From Deltaproteobacteria bacterium (GTDB lineage Bacteria; CG2-30-53-67), in NCBI GenBank assembly GCA_013151235.1, contig JAADIO010000016.1:1-64000 (forward strand): a stretch of 64,000 bases of DNA, read 5' to 3'. The stretch's first letter is position 1. Every line of letters starts with the position of its first letter. The notes under the pieces are model-generated. The model saw only the letters and a program-made list of their open reading frames with translations. It was not told the origin of the DNA and made no database searches. Below are positions 32,135 to 42,488 of the stretch, one piece after another. The position numbers and the translations under genes are program-made.

Positions 32135-32227
32135 TAAAAAACAATTTCCGCTCATGCCCCAATAATAAGCGATTTAAGCGTTCAAGACTGCATTTTTATG
32201 AGCAAAAGGAAAAACATAAAAGCGCCA

Positions 32228-34060
32228 CTACTCCACCGTGACGCTTTTGGCCAGATTCCTCGGCTGATCGACGTCGGTCCCGCGCAGTACGGCGATGTGG
32301 TAGGCGAGGAGCTGGAGGGGGATGGTCATCAGGATCGGAGAGAGGAAGTTATTCGTTGAAGGGACCCGGAGGGTATGGTCGGCTTTCCCCTCCACTTCCG
32401 GTTCCTTCTGATTCACAAGGGCGATGACGATCCCGGAGCGTGCCTTGACCTCTTCGATGTTGCCTCGGGCTTTTTCAAAGACGCCGTCATGGGGAAGAAG
32501 GGCAACAACGGGCATCTTTTCATCGATGAGAGCGATGGGGCCGTGTTTCATCTCGCCGGCGGGGTAGCCCTCGGCATGGATGTAGGAGATCTCTTTTAAC
32601 TTCAGCGCCCCTTCGAGGGCGATGGGATAGTGAATACCGCGCCCCAAGTAGAGAAAGTCGGTCCGGTCGGCATAGAGCTTCGCCAGCTTCCGGATCGTCT
32701 CTTCCTCTTCGAGGATCTTTTCCACCTGCTGGGGGAGTCTGGCCAGGTCTTCCATTAGGGGAACGGCCTGTTCTTCCGGCATCCCGCCCCGTGCCCGGGC
32801 GAAATAGAGGGCAAAAAGATAGAGCGCAACAAGCTGGGTGGTGAAGGCCTTGGTTGATGCGACACCGATTTCCGGGCCGGCGTGGGTGTAGATCACGCCG
32901 TCGGCCTCCCGGGTGATGGAGCTTCCCAGGACGTTACAGATTCCGACGGTTTTGGCCCCTTTCCCCTTCGCCTCACGCAGCGCTGCCAGGGTGTCGGCGG
33001 TCTCACCCGACTGGGAAATGCAGATCAGGAGGGTTCTCTCATCCACAATCGGATCCCGGTAACGGAATTCCGATGCGATGTCAACTTCCACGGGGGTCCG
33101 GCTCATCTCCTCGATCATGAACTTCCCCACGAGGGCGGCATGGTAGGAGGTGCCGCAGGCGATCATGATGATTTTGTCGATGTCTTTGGCCCCGGCCGGA
33201 GTGAGTTCGAACTGTTCGAAGAAGACCTCCCCCGTTTCCCGGGAGATCCGTCCCCGGAAAGTGTCGAGAATCGCCCGGGGCTGTTCGAAGATCTCTTTCT
33301 GCATGAAGTGTTTGTAGCCCCCTTTTTCCGCCATGACGGCGCTCCAGCGGATTTGCTGAACCTCTTTGGTGACGGGGGTGCCGTCAAGTTTTGTGACGGT
33401 GACCCCTTCACGGCTGAGCAGGGCCATCTCCCCGTCGTCGAGGAAGATCACCTTCCGGGTATGGTTCAGGATGGCCGGGATGTCGGAGGCGAGGAAGTTT
33501 TCTCCCTGACCGAGCCCAAGGACGAGGGGGCTTGCCTTCTTGGCGGCGATGATCCGGTCCGGTTCGTTGCGGTTCATAATCCCCAGGGCGAAGGCTCCTT
33601 CCACCTGCTGCAGGGCTGTCCTCACGGCCTCCACGAGGTCGCCGGTCCCCTCCTTTCGGTATTTCTCGATGAGATGGGCGATGACCTCCGTGTCGGTCTC
33701 CGAGGTAAATACATATCCTTCTTTGGTCAGCGCCCGTTTCAGCTCCAGATAGTTTTCGATGATGCCGTTGTGGACAATGACGGTGTCGCCCGAGCGGTGG
33801 GGGTGGGCGTTCTCCTCGGAGGGTTTTCCGTGGGTGGCCCAACGGGTGTGTCCGATGCCGATGCCGTCTGCGGTGCTGTTCCCCCGGGTACAGGCTTCGA
33901 GATTCCGGATCTTGCCTTCACACCGGTGAATCCTGATCTCGTTGTTCTTGAGATAGGCGATTCCCGCCGAGTCGTAGCCGCGGTACTCCAACCGTTTCAA
34001 TCCGTCGATTACAACGGGTAGGACGTCCTGGCTGCCGATGTAGCCGACGATGCCGCACAT
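32228..34060 (-). CDS. glmS: Glutamine--fructose-6-phosphate aminotransferase
   Basis: [34 protein letters not shown]. Confidence 0.98.
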   Translation of the reverse strand: MCGIVGYIGSQDVLPVVIDGLKRLEYRGYDSAGIAYLKNNEIRIHRCEGKIRNLEACTRGNSTADGIGIGHTRWATHGKPSEENAHPHRSGDTVIVHNGIIENYLELKRALTKEGYVFTSETDTEVIAHLIEKYRKEGTGDLVEAVRTALQQVEGAFALGIMNRNEPDRIIAAKKASPLVLGLGQGENFLASDIPAILNHTRKVIFLDDGEMALLSREGVTVTKLDGTPVTKEVQQIRWSAVMAEKGGYKHFMQKEIFEQPRAILDTFRGRISRETGEVFFEQFELTPAGAKDIDKIIMIACGTSYHAALVGKFMIEEMSRTPVEVDIASEFRYRDPIVDERTLLICISQSGETADTLAALREAKGKGAKTVGICNVLGSSITREADGVIYTHAGPEIGVASTKAFTTQLVALYLFALYFARARGGMPEEQAVPLMEDLARLPQQVEKILEEEETIRKLAKLYADRTDFLYLGRGIHYPIALEGALKLKEISYIHAEGYPAGEMKHGPIALIDEKMPVVALLPHDGVFEKARGNIEEVKARSGIVIALVNQKEPEVEGKADHTLRVPSTNNFLSPILMTIPLQLLAYHIAVLRGTDVDQPRNLAKSVTVE

Positions 34061-34105
34061 GGGGTTACTCCTTCTCAGTTACCCTTGAAGTTAATATTTT
34101 GCACC

Positions 34106-34166
34106 ACCCTTCGCCCCTTCGATGGCTTCGGCACACTCAGGAGAGCCTGTGCTGAGCTTGCCGAAG
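34106..34166. repeat. REP-like palindromic remnant (CTTCGNCANNCTCAG type)
   Basis: CTTCGGCACACTCAGGAGAGCCTGTGCTGAGCTTGCCGAAG; similar to the interior of the element at 46177-46405. Confidence 0.6.
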
Positions 34167-34178
34167 AGAGCGGGCCGG

Positions 34179-35591
34179 TCATTTCGCCTTCTTCTTTTTC
34201 CGCAGCCTCTCCCGGATCTTTTTCGCGCCGTTCCTGATGATCTTCTGCTCCACCCGGCTCAGTGCGAGGGAGTCTTCCGGCACATCCCGGGTGATGGTGG
34301 AACCGGCCCCGATGAGGGAGCGGTCACCGATGGTGACGGGGGCAATGAACTGGGTGTCGCTCCCGACAAAGACCTGATCCCCGATCGTGGTTGTGTGCTT
34401 GAAGATGCCGTCGTAGTTACAGGTGATGGTCCCGGCGCCGATGTTCACCCCTGACCCCATCCCTGTATCGCCGATATAGGAGAGATGATTGACCTTGGAG
34501 CCTTCCCCGATGACCGATTTCTTGATCTCCACGAAGTTGCCGATGTGGGCCGAAGGGCCGATCTTTGCCCCGGGCCGCAGATGGGCGAAGGGACCGAGGA
34601 TTGCCCCCTCTTCCACCCGGGCTTCAATGAAGTGACAAAACCCCCGGATCTCCACGTTCCGTCCGATTGCCGTGTCGATGATCCTTGTGTTCGGACCGAT
34701 CACCGTCCCCTCCCCGACGGTGGTCTTTCCTTCCAGATAGCAATCGGGATGGATAACGGTATCCCTTCCGATTGTAACATCAAGGCCGATCCAGGTCCGA
34801 GTCGGGTCGATCAGGGTGACCCCCTCCCGCATGTGGCGGAGATTGATCCGATCCCGCAGGACCGCCCCGGCTACGGCAAGCTGATCCCTCGAATTGATTC
34901 CCATGACCTCTTGCGGATCGGCGCAGACCACCCCCCCGACCCTTCTCTGTTCCATCCGTGCAATCTCGATCAGGTCGGTCAGGTAGTATTCCTGCTGAGC
35001 GTTTCGGTCGGTCAGGGAGTCCACGGCAGTACGGAGAAATGTACCATCGAAACAGTAGATCCCGGTATTGATCTCATCGATCTTCCGTTCCGCATCCGAG
35101 GCGTCTTTCTCCTCCACGATCTTCAGGATGTTCCCCGATGGAGAACGGACGATCCGGCCGTACCCGGCGGGGAGATCAACACGGGTGGTCAGCAGGGTCA
35201 CGGCGGCGCCGTTCTCTTCATGATGGAGGAGGAGTTCTCTGATTGTTTCTTCTTTTATGAGGGGAACATCGCCGCAGAGGATCAGCACCGGCCCGGTCGT
35301 TTCTTGCAGATGGGGAACGGCCTGCTGAATGGCGTGGCCGGTGCCTAACTGTTCCGTCTGGAGGGCATAGTCCAGATCGAGTCCGGCCAGGCTTTTCCGG
35401 ACGGCATCGGCCTGGTGTCCCACGACGACAACGATCTTTTCCGCTCCGCTCTTTTTCGCCAGCGCCACGGGGAAGATAATCATGGGACGGCCGAGGAGGG
35501 GATGGAGGACCTTGACGCGGTCCGATTTCATCCGGGTTCCGAGGCCCGCTGCGAGGATAACTGCGGTAACGGTTCTTCCCTGCTCGTTCAT
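34179..35591 (-). CDS. glmU: Bifunctional UDP-GlcNAc pyrophosphorylase/glucosamine-1-phosphate acetyltransferase
   Basis: LAAGLGTRMKS, QLGTGHA, EYYLTD, hexapeptide repeats, GNFVEIK, TCNYDG. Confidence 0.97.
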   Translation of the reverse strand: MNEQGRTVTAVILAAGLGTRMKSDRVKVLHPLLGRPMIIFPVALAKKSGAEKIVVVVGHQADAVRKSLAGLDLDYALQTEQLGTGHAIQQAVPHLQETTGPVLILCGDVPLIKEETIRELLLHHEENGAAVTLLTTRVDLPAGYGRIVRSPSGNILKIVEEKDASDAERKIDEINTGIYCFDGTFLRTAVDSLTDRNAQQEYYLTDLIEIARMEQRRVGGVVCADPQEVMGINSRDQLAVAGAVLRDRINLRHMREGVTLIDPTRTWIGLDVTIGRDTVIHPDCYLEGKTTVGEGTVIGPNTRIIDTAIGRNVEIRGFCHFIEARVEEGAILGPFAHLRPGAKIGPSAHIGNFVEIKKSVIGEGSKVNHLSYIGDTGMGSGVNIGAGTITCNYDGIFKHTTTIGDQVFVGSDTQFIAPVTIGDRSLIGAGSTITRDVPEDSLALSRVEQKIIRNGAKKIRERLRKKKKAK

Positions 35592-36226
35592 GCGGGCTCT
35601 TTTCCTTGGGCGCCGGGCAGACTGCACCGTTCGGCCGGTGTAATCATTCCGGCGGAAATGATCATCTTCAACCCTTCTTCCACGGTCATATCCAATATTT
35701 TAACATCCTTTTCCGGGAAGATAAGAAAAAAACCGGAGGTCGGGTTCGGGGTGGTCGGGATGAAGACATTGACCAATTTCTCGTCGGTGATCTCCCGGAT
35801 CTCGCCCCGGCATTCGCTGGTGAGAAAACCGATGGAATAGATCCCTTTCCGGGGATATTCCACGAAGACCACTCCTTTGAATCGTGCCTGTCCCTGGGTG
35901 AAGAGGGTATCAACGAGCTGTTTGACGAACTTGTAGATGATCCTGACGAACGGGATTTTATCGAGAATCCGTTCGCCGATCTGTCCTAATTTCCGGCCGA
36001 AGAAGTTGCTGGCGAAGATCCCGATGAGGAGAATCAGGCAGGCAAGCAGAAGAATCCCCATCCCCGGGAAATAGATCTTCAGATAGTGCCGGATCGGGTA
36101 GCCGATGAGCTGCTCCACCGGAGGGAGCAGGATCTTCAGGATCCAGTAGGTCAGGCCGAGGGGAAGGGTGACCAGGATCCCCGTAATGAAGTATTTCCTG
36201 AGCAATCTGCGGATCGTTTTCGTCAT
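35588..36226 (-). CDS. DUF502 domain membrane protein
   Basis: YFITG, IPFVRIIY, VEYPRKG, FIPTTPNPTSG. Confidence 0.9.
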   Translation of the reverse strand: MTKTIRRLLRKYFITGILVTLPLGLTYWILKILLPPVEQLIGYPIRHYLKIYFPGMGILLLACLILLIGIFASNFFGRKLGQIGERILDKIPFVRIIYKFVKQLVDTLFTQGQARFKGVVFVEYPRKGIYSIGFLTSECRGEIREITDEKLVNVFIPTTPNPTSGFFLIFPEKDVKILDMTVEEGLKMIISAGMITPAERCSLPGAQGKEPA

Positions 36227-36406
36227 CTGTGAATTCCGCTCCTTCCGGGTCCGACGCAGGATGCGGAATTATAGGCCGACCCCTTGTAACTTTGCAAGTT
36301 TTTTCAGGCGGAAGGGGCAAGAAAGGGGTCACGTGGAGGGGGTGCTTTCCCCCCGCGGGGGAAGAAAAACCGCCCCCGACGGAAACCGGATGGTCGACCG
36401 GGCCTT

Positions 36407-37129
36407 TCAGCGGCCCCGCTTGCGCACAACGGCAAACAATCCGGCCAGTCCGCCTGAGAGGAGCAGGAGAGAGGATGGTTCCGGAACGGGGGAATAACGA
36501 TAAGATGTCAATTCCGGGATCTCGTTATCCGTCCCCTCCAGGAGGGTTCCCGTATTCCCCAGATAAAGACCCGTGAAGAGATCGTTATCATAAGAATCAT
36601 AGTCGGCAAACCGGAAATTCCAGTCGATCGTTCCGTTCTGGTAAAGAATCATCTCAAAATTGTTTAAATAAAAACAACCTTCATCTTCATAAGTCTCCGT
36701 CAGATAATCAAAGATCACGCGGTCGGACAGCGAGTCATCATATCCGTACGCCCCGTAATCATAAGACGACAGATCATCATATGCCGCCAGTAGGTAGGTC
36801 GCGGAAGAATTATCAGCAATCAGATCGTCGACATTGCCATAGCCATAGCCTGTCGGTGTTTCCGTCCAGGAGAGCAGCTCCACGTAACCGTTCGAGTCCA
36901 TGTCGAAGGCGTCGAATGTTTTCCCTCCAAGGGTTACGGGAAAGGGAAGCGCAATCTTTCCGGAAGAATTGTCATCCGCGGAATCGGTCCATGTCAGATC
37001 GGGTCTCTGCCAGTTGTAGGCCGTTTCGGAAATGGTGCCGTCGACGGTATAGGCTTCGACGGCTCCTGCATACAGTCCCGTCGCGAAGAACAGGGAAATA
37101 AGCCATAACAACATCATAAACTTTCTCAT
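36407..37129 (-). CDS. PEP-CTERM sorting domain protein, Asp/Tyr-rich
   Basis: Signal peptide, C-terminal VPEPSSLLLLSGGLAGLFAVVRKRGR. Confidence 0.9.
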   Translation of the reverse strand: MRKFMMLLWLISLFFATGLYAGAVEAYTVDGTISETAYNWQRPDLTWTDSADDNSSGKIALPFPVTLGGKTFDAFDMDSNGYVELLSWTETPTGYGYGNVDDLIADNSSATYLLAAYDDLSSYDYGAYGYDDSLSDRVIFDYLTETYEDEGCFYLNNFEMILYQNGTIDWNFRFADYDSYDNDLFTGLYLGNTGTLLEGTDNEIPELTSYRYSPVPEPSSLLLLSGGLAGLFAVVRKRGR

Positions 37130-37633
37130 TAGTGATCTCCTCTTTCACCGATGGATAAAAAAAGATTCAGATCTCAGCACCGCTGTTATCCGTATATAAA
37201 CATTAGTAACTTCTGACAGGTAAAAGTCGCGGAGAAAATGAATTTTGTTGAGCATAATTTACAGCAAGGGAGGGGCTCTTCCCCGTAACCATTTGTTTTT
37301 ATTAAGAAAAGAATAGGGGAACAGGCTGGTTTTCTTGCGTGGACTCTCTCTTCGGCGGAAGAGCTATCTTCATGTAGCTCCGACCCCTGGTGCATTCAGA
37401 TTTTGCAGTTGATTTTGATCTTAAACTCTGTGCCTGTGTGCCTTTGACACTTTGCCCCCTGGTCTATCCCCGTGACTCTCCTGTTCCCCGTGGTTAAATG
37501 TTTTTGACTTTAGATCTTGCCTTTGCCGAATCCCGATGATCTTCGATTCACCTGTCTCTATGAAAAATCGGGGGAAGTCCTGGAAAGCCATTTCCCTTGA
37601 ATTTCCGAGGTGTATTACCTATACTGCCTCCTT

Positions 37634-38272
37634 ATGAAGGGAAAGCTGATCACTTTCGAAGGAATTGAGGGGTGCGGCAAGACGACCCAGGTCGATCGGA
37701 CCTGCCGCTGGATGGAGAGTCAGGGACGCCCCTTTCTCCGAACCCGGGAACCGGGGGGGACCGGAATCGGCCGACAGATCCGGAAGATCCTCCTCGATAC
37801 GCGGAACCGGACCCTCGATGCCATGGCAGAGCTGATGCTCTATGCCGCCGACCGTGCCCAGCATATACGGGAACTGATCCGGCCGGCCCTTGACCGGGGT
37901 GAGTGGGTTCTCTGCGATCGGTTTGTCGATGCCACCCTTGCTTATCAGGGGGATGGCCGGGGGCTGGACCGAAAAACCATCGCCACCCTCAATGAGATGG
38001 CTACGGGAGGGTTGAAGCCGGCGCTGACCCTGCTGATCGATCTTCCTGTTGAGATCGGCCTCTCCCGTGCGATTCGGCGGAATCATCAGGAAGGGGCGAC
38101 AAGGGAAGAAGGGCGTTTCGAGGCGGAAGAGGTTGCTTTTCATGAACGGGTACGCGGGAGTTATCTCCGGATGGCCGAAGCGGAACCGGACCGGTTTCGT
38201 CTCCTCGACGGAACCCAAAGCCCCGACGAGATTCACCGAGGGATCGTATCGTTTCTGAGCCCCTGTCTGTAG
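37634..38272 (+). CDS. tmk: Thymidylate kinase
   Basis: FEGIEGCGKTTQ, REPGGT, CDRF. Confidence 0.97.
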   Translation: MKGKLITFEGIEGCGKTTQVDRTCRWMESQGRPFLRTREPGGTGIGRQIRKILLDTRNRTLDAMAELMLYAADRAQHIRELIRPALDRGEWVLCDRFVDATLAYQGDGRGLDRKTIATLNEMATGGLKPALTLLIDLPVEIGLSRAIRRNHQEGATREEGRFEAEEVAFHERVRGSYLRMAEAEPDRFRLLDGTQSPDEIHRGIVSFLSPCL

Positions 38273-38288
38273 GGGCGTTGAAGAGAGG

Positions 38289-39290
38289 TTGCAGACCGTG
38301 TCTTTTTCAGAAGTGCTGGGCCAAGCGCAGGCGATAGAGGTTTTGCAGCGTGAACGGAGCCATGAACGGATCCCCCATGCCTATCTCTTCTGCGGCCCGG
38401 ACGGCGTCGGGAAAAAACGGACCGCCTTCGCTCTGGCGCAGTCCCTCCAATGTGAGACCGGTGGGGTTGATGGCTGCGGTGATTGTCCGGCCTGCCGCAA
38501 GGTTGCACACGACCGGCATCCCGATGTCCATTTTTATCAGCCCGTCGCCCGGACCAAGGGGGCCATGTCGAAGATTTATATCGATCAGATCCGGGAACTC
38601 CAGGGAGCCATCTCCCTGAAGGCGATGGAGGGACGGAAAAAGATCATGATTGTCGACGATGCGGACCGGATGGTCGATCAGGCCGCCAATGCCCTGCTCA
38701 AGACCCTCGAGGAACCGCCGGGAGATTCTCTCCTGATTCTGATTGCGACCTTCCCGGACCTCCTTCCGTCAACGATTCTCTCCCGGAGCCGGAAGGTCCG
38801 CTTCCGGCCGTTGTCCGACGAGTTGGTGACGCGGGTTCTGATGCGGGAACGGGGAATGACGGAAGAAGGAGCGCGGACACTGGCCCGTTTTGCCCAGGGG
38901 AGTCTTTCCCGGGTTATGGAAGTGGAACCGGAGGATCTTCTCACCCACAGGGAAGAGTTCCTGAAGGAAAGCGGTCGGTGGAAGGAAGGAGACCTGGGCG
39001 CTGTTTTTGATTTTTGCGCACGCTTTGCCAAGAATAGCGGCGATGCCGTAGATTTTATCCACTACCTCCTGGAATGGACAAGGGATCTGATCGCCCTGAA
39101 ACTGCAGGGACCGGAAGGGGTTCTGATCTATCGGGACCGAATCCCCGATCTTGAGGCGGGCTGCCGGGGGACGACAGTAGAGGATCTGCTGGAGCAGTTT
39201 GACCGGCTGCAGGGGACCTTGAAAAAACTGGATCGAAATGTAAATCCGAGGCTGGCGCTGGAGATCGCCTTGAGCCGCCTGGTCGCATGA
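38289..39290 (+). CDS. holB: DNA polymerase III delta-prime subunit
   Basis: HAYLFCGPDGVGK, CGDCPAC, HPD, ANALLKTLEEPP. Confidence 0.95.
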   Translation: MQTVSFSEVLGQAQAIEVLQRERSHERIPHAYLFCGPDGVGKKRTAFALAQSLQCETGGVDGCGDCPACRKVAHDRHPDVHFYQPVARTKGAMSKIYIDQIRELQGAISLKAMEGRKKIMIVDDADRMVDQAANALLKTLEEPPGDSLLILIATFPDLLPSTILSRSRKVRFRPLSDELVTRVLMRERGMTEEGARTLARFAQGSLSRVMEVEPEDLLTHREEFLKESGRWKEGDLGAVFDFCARFAKNSGDAVDFIHYLLEWTRDLIALKLQGPEGVLIYRDRIPDLEAGCRGTTVEDLLEQFDRLQGTLKKLDRNVNPRLALEIALSRLVA

Positions 39291-39358
39291 AGGAGCCCTC
39301 TCCCGTTTCCGGGATGGACCCACCGAGGGAGCGGGACGGCAGCACGGCTGGAGAAAAT

Positions 39359-40513
39359 ATGGCAAAAATTGTAACGATCTGTTTCAAGAACAGCAATAAA
39401 AAATATAATTTCGATCCCGGAGACCTTGATCTCAAAGTCGGCGACCGGGTGATTGTGGAAACGGACAAGGGCCTGACCTGCGGGACCCTTTCCGGCGGGA
39501 TTCAGCAGGTTAGCAGCGATTACCTGAAAAAACCGCTGAAAAAAGTTATACGCGTGGTTGGCGAGAAGGACCTGGAAAGACTGGAGGAGAACCATCAACT
39601 CGAACAGAAAGCCCGAAAAATTTGTCTCGACCGGGTTGCCGCCCGACGACTTCAGATGAAACTGGTCGAGGTGGAGTATCTTTTCGACCGGTCCAAGGTG
39701 ATCTTCTATTTTACGGCCGACGGACGGATCGATTTCCGGGAACTTGTCCGGGACCTTGCCTCTCAGCTTCGGGTCCGGATTGAGATGCGCCAGATCGGTG
39801 TCCGGGACGAGGCGAGGATGCTGGGCGGGGTCGGTCCCTGCGGGAAGGAGTTCTGCTGCCGGTCCTATCTGCAGGAGTTCGAACCGGTCTCGATCAAAAT
39901 GGCCAAGCATCAGAACCTCTCCATCAACCCGGCCAAAATCTCCGGGGTCTGCGGCCGGCTGCTCTGCTGCCTTAGCTACGAAAACAGTTTCTATCACGGG
40001 TTCAAGAAAGGCCTGCCCAAACCGGGAAAAATGATCATGACGGCCGGCGGGCCGGTGAAGGTCCGCACGCATAACGTACTGCAAGGGAGCATAACCGTCA
40101 TGGGCAGGGAAGGGAAAAAGGTCGATCTTGTCGAACCGGACCTGTCACACCTCCGGAAAGGGCTCCCCCTCGAAAGAGACCTTTTTGCCGGGGAAGAGAA
40201 GAAGACGGCGCCCTTTGCTCCTGTACCGGCCGAATCCGGCCCCAAAGAAGTTGCCGATAACGGGACAAAACCGAAACCGAATGCAAAGTCAAAACCAAGA
40301 TCTCGTTTCAAACCGAGGGCCGGACAGTCAAAACCCCGGAAGGCGGCTCCTTCCGAAGGGGAGTCGGACGGCCTTTTAAACAAGCTGAAGAAAATGACGG
40401 GAATACAGAAGGATGAGGAAGAGGGGCGCAAAAAACGTCGGCCGAGACGGCGGCGAAGACGCAGACCCCGGGGGAAAGCCTCTTCCACATCGGGGGGCGA
40501 GAGCAAAAATTAA
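39359..40513 (+). CDS. ricT: PSP1/RicT (YaaT) family protein with long basic C-terminal tail
   Basis: YFTADGRIDFRELV, RIEMRQIGVRDEA, GPCG..CC, KISGVCGRLLCCL. Confidence 0.9.
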   Translation: MAKIVTICFKNSNKKYNFDPGDLDLKVGDRVIVETDKGLTCGTLSGGIQQVSSDYLKKPLKKVIRVVGEKDLERLEENHQLEQKARKICLDRVAARRLQMKLVEVEYLFDRSKVIFYFTADGRIDFRELVRDLASQLRVRIEMRQIGVRDEARMLGGVGPCGKEFCCRSYLQEFEPVSIKMAKHQNLSINPAKISGVCGRLLCCLSYENSFYHGFKKGLPKPGKMIMTAGGPVKVRTHNVLQGSITVMGREGKKVDLVEPDLSHLRKGLPLERDLFAGEEKKTAPFAPVPAESGPKEVADNGTKPKPNAKSKPRSRFKPRAGQSKPRKAAPSEGESDGLLNKLKKMTGIQKDEEEGRKKRRPRRRRRRRPRGKASSTSGGESKN

Positions 40514-40534
40514 TCAAAAGGGAGTTCTTAGTTC

Positions 40535-42430
40535 ATGAAAAACCCTTTCTACCTGACGACACCGATCTACTATGTCAATGATGTTCCCCATATCGGCCAT
40601 GCCTATACCACGACAGCGACCGATGCCCTGGCCCGGTACCGGAGGATGATGGGGGATTCGGTCTTCTTCCTGACCGGCACCGATGAACACGGGCAGAAAG
40701 TGGAAAAGAGCGCCGCCCTCCAGGGGATCTCCCCGAAGGAGTTGGCCGACCGGGTGGTGGGACGATACCGGACGCTCTGGCGGGAGATGACCATTTCCAA
40801 CGATGATTTCATACGGACCACCGAGGCCCGGCACAGGGAGGCCGTGCAGTCCCTCTGGAAGACCGTCGAAGAAAAGGGGGACATCTATCTCGGGGAATAC
40901 GAGGATTGGTACTGCACCCCCTGCGAGACCTTCCTGACGGACCACCAATTAGTGAACGGGGCCTGCCCGGATTGCGGACGTGTTCCCGAACGGCTCCGCG
41001 AGGAGAGCTATTTCTTCCGGATGTCCCGCTACGGCGACCGGCTCCTCGATTTTTATGAGAAACATCCCGACTTTGTCCGGCCGGAATCCCGCCGGAATGA
41101 AATCGTTCAGTTCATCCGGGGAGGGCTTCGCGACCTGAGCATCAGCCGTACCACCTTCTCCTGGGGGATCCCCGTGCCGGGCAACCCGAGGCATGTGATC
41201 TACGTCTGGTTCGATGCCCTGACAAACTACCTGTCGGCCTTGGGGTTCCCGTCGGATCGGGAACGTTTCGAGACCTACTGGCCGGCGAAGGTCCATGTGA
41301 TCGGCAAGGATATCCTGCGGTTTCATGCCGTCTACTGGCCGACCTTTCTCATGGCGGCGGGACTGCCTCTGCCGGAGCAGGTTTTCAGTCACGGCTGGTG
41401 GACGGTGGACGGGGAGAAGATGTCGAAATCGAAGGGGAACGTCGTCGATCCGGGGAAGATGGTCGAGCGGTACGGCGCCGATCCCTTCCGCTACTTTCTG
41501 CTCCGGGAGGTCCCTTTCGGTCTGGACGGTGACTTTTCGGAGAAGGCCCTGGTGGGACGGTTTAATTCCGACCTGGCCAACGACCTGGGGAATCTTTTCT
41601 CCCGGGTGACGACCATGCTCGGCAAGTACTGCGGCGGGAAGGCGGTACGGACCGGCGGAGGCGGGGAACTGCGGGAGAGGGCCGAAGCGGTCCTGGCCGC
41701 GGTGGACGGTCACATGGAAAAACTCGCCTTTCACCTGGCGCTCCAGGAGATCTGGGGGCTGATCAATGCCGCCAACCGCTATGTCGACCGGAAGGCGCCC
41801 TGGACCCTCGCCGGGGATCCCGGCCGTCATGACGAGCTGAATGCCGTCATGTATCATCTCATCGAGACGCTTCGGCTGGTGACCCTGCTGATCTCTCCCT
41901 TCATGCCGGCGACGGCGAAGAAATGCGCCCTGCTCTTCGGGATGACGGAGAAGGATTTCCGGAAGGAGAACCTGGTCTGGGGGAAGACCTCCGATGGGCT
42001 TTCCGTCTCCAGGGCGGAACCGCTCTTTCCCCGGCGGGAGAGGAAACCCGATGTTGCCGTGCCGAAGAAGAAGGAGGTCAAAGCGGAGAAAGAGAGAAAA
42101 AAAGAGCTTCTTACCCTCAAAGAGTTTGCCTGCCTTGATCTTCGTTCCGGGGTGATCCGGGAGGCCGGGCCGGTGCCGGAATCGGACCGGCTCCTCCTGC
42201 TGAAGGTCGATACGGGGGAGACCGATCCCCGCCAGGTGGTGGCCGGGATTGCGGAAAGATACCGGCCCGCCGATCTGATCGGCCGGGAGGTGGTGGTCGT
42301 CTGCAATCTCAAGCCGGCGAAGATTCGGGGGGTGGAGTCCCGGGGAATGATCCTGGCCGTGGAGGGCAAGGATGGACTTGTCCTGGTCGGTTTTGATGAG
42401 AATGTCGGACCGGGGAGGAAGGTGCGGTAA
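40535..42430 (+). CDS. metG: Methionine--tRNA ligase with C-terminal tRNA-binding domain
   Basis: TTPIYYVND.PHIGHAY, YVWFDAL, KMSKS, NLKPAKIRG.ES.GM. Confidence 0.97.
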   Translation: MKNPFYLTTPIYYVNDVPHIGHAYTTTATDALARYRRMMGDSVFFLTGTDEHGQKVEKSAALQGISPKELADRVVGRYRTLWREMTISNDDFIRTTEARHREAVQSLWKTVEEKGDIYLGEYEDWYCTPCETFLTDHQLVNGACPDCGRVPERLREESYFFRMSRYGDRLLDFYEKHPDFVRPESRRNEIVQFIRGGLRDLSISRTTFSWGIPVPGNPRHVIYVWFDALTNYLSALGFPSDRERFETYWPAKVHVIGKDILRFHAVYWPTFLMAAGLPLPEQVFSHGWWTVDGEKMSKSKGNVVDPGKMVERYGADPFRYFLLREVPFGLDGDFSEKALVGRFNSDLANDLGNLFSRVTTMLGKYCGGKAVRTGGGGELRERAEAVLAAVDGHMEKLAFHLALQEIWGLINAANRYVDRKAPWTLAGDPGRHDELNAVMYHLIETLRLVTLLISPFMPATAKKCALLFGMTEKDFRKENLVWGKTSDGLSVSRAEPLFPRRERKPDVAVPKKKEVKAEKERKKELLTLKEFACLDLRSGVIREAGPVPESDRLLLLKVDTGETDPRQVVAGIAERYRPADLIGREVVVVCNLKPAKIRGVESRGMILAVEGKDGLVLVGFDENVGPGRKVR

Positions 42431-42488
42431 TGAAAAGCTGTTCAAACCGTTCAAAAAGTTTCAACCGTTTAAGCGGCAAGGTTGTATC

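Noticed and set aside
32160-32227. Tn7 end downstream of glmS
   Set aside because: No recognisable terminal TGT with repeated TnsB sites, and no tns genes
37263-37300. Sigma-54 promoter for the PEP-CTERM gene at 36407-37129
   Set aside because: TTGCT and an IHF-like sequence are present on the minus strand, but the -24 GG is AG
42441-42476. Degenerate 9 bp tandem repeat TTCAAACCG-like
   Set aside because: Short low-complexity intergenic motif with no supportable function
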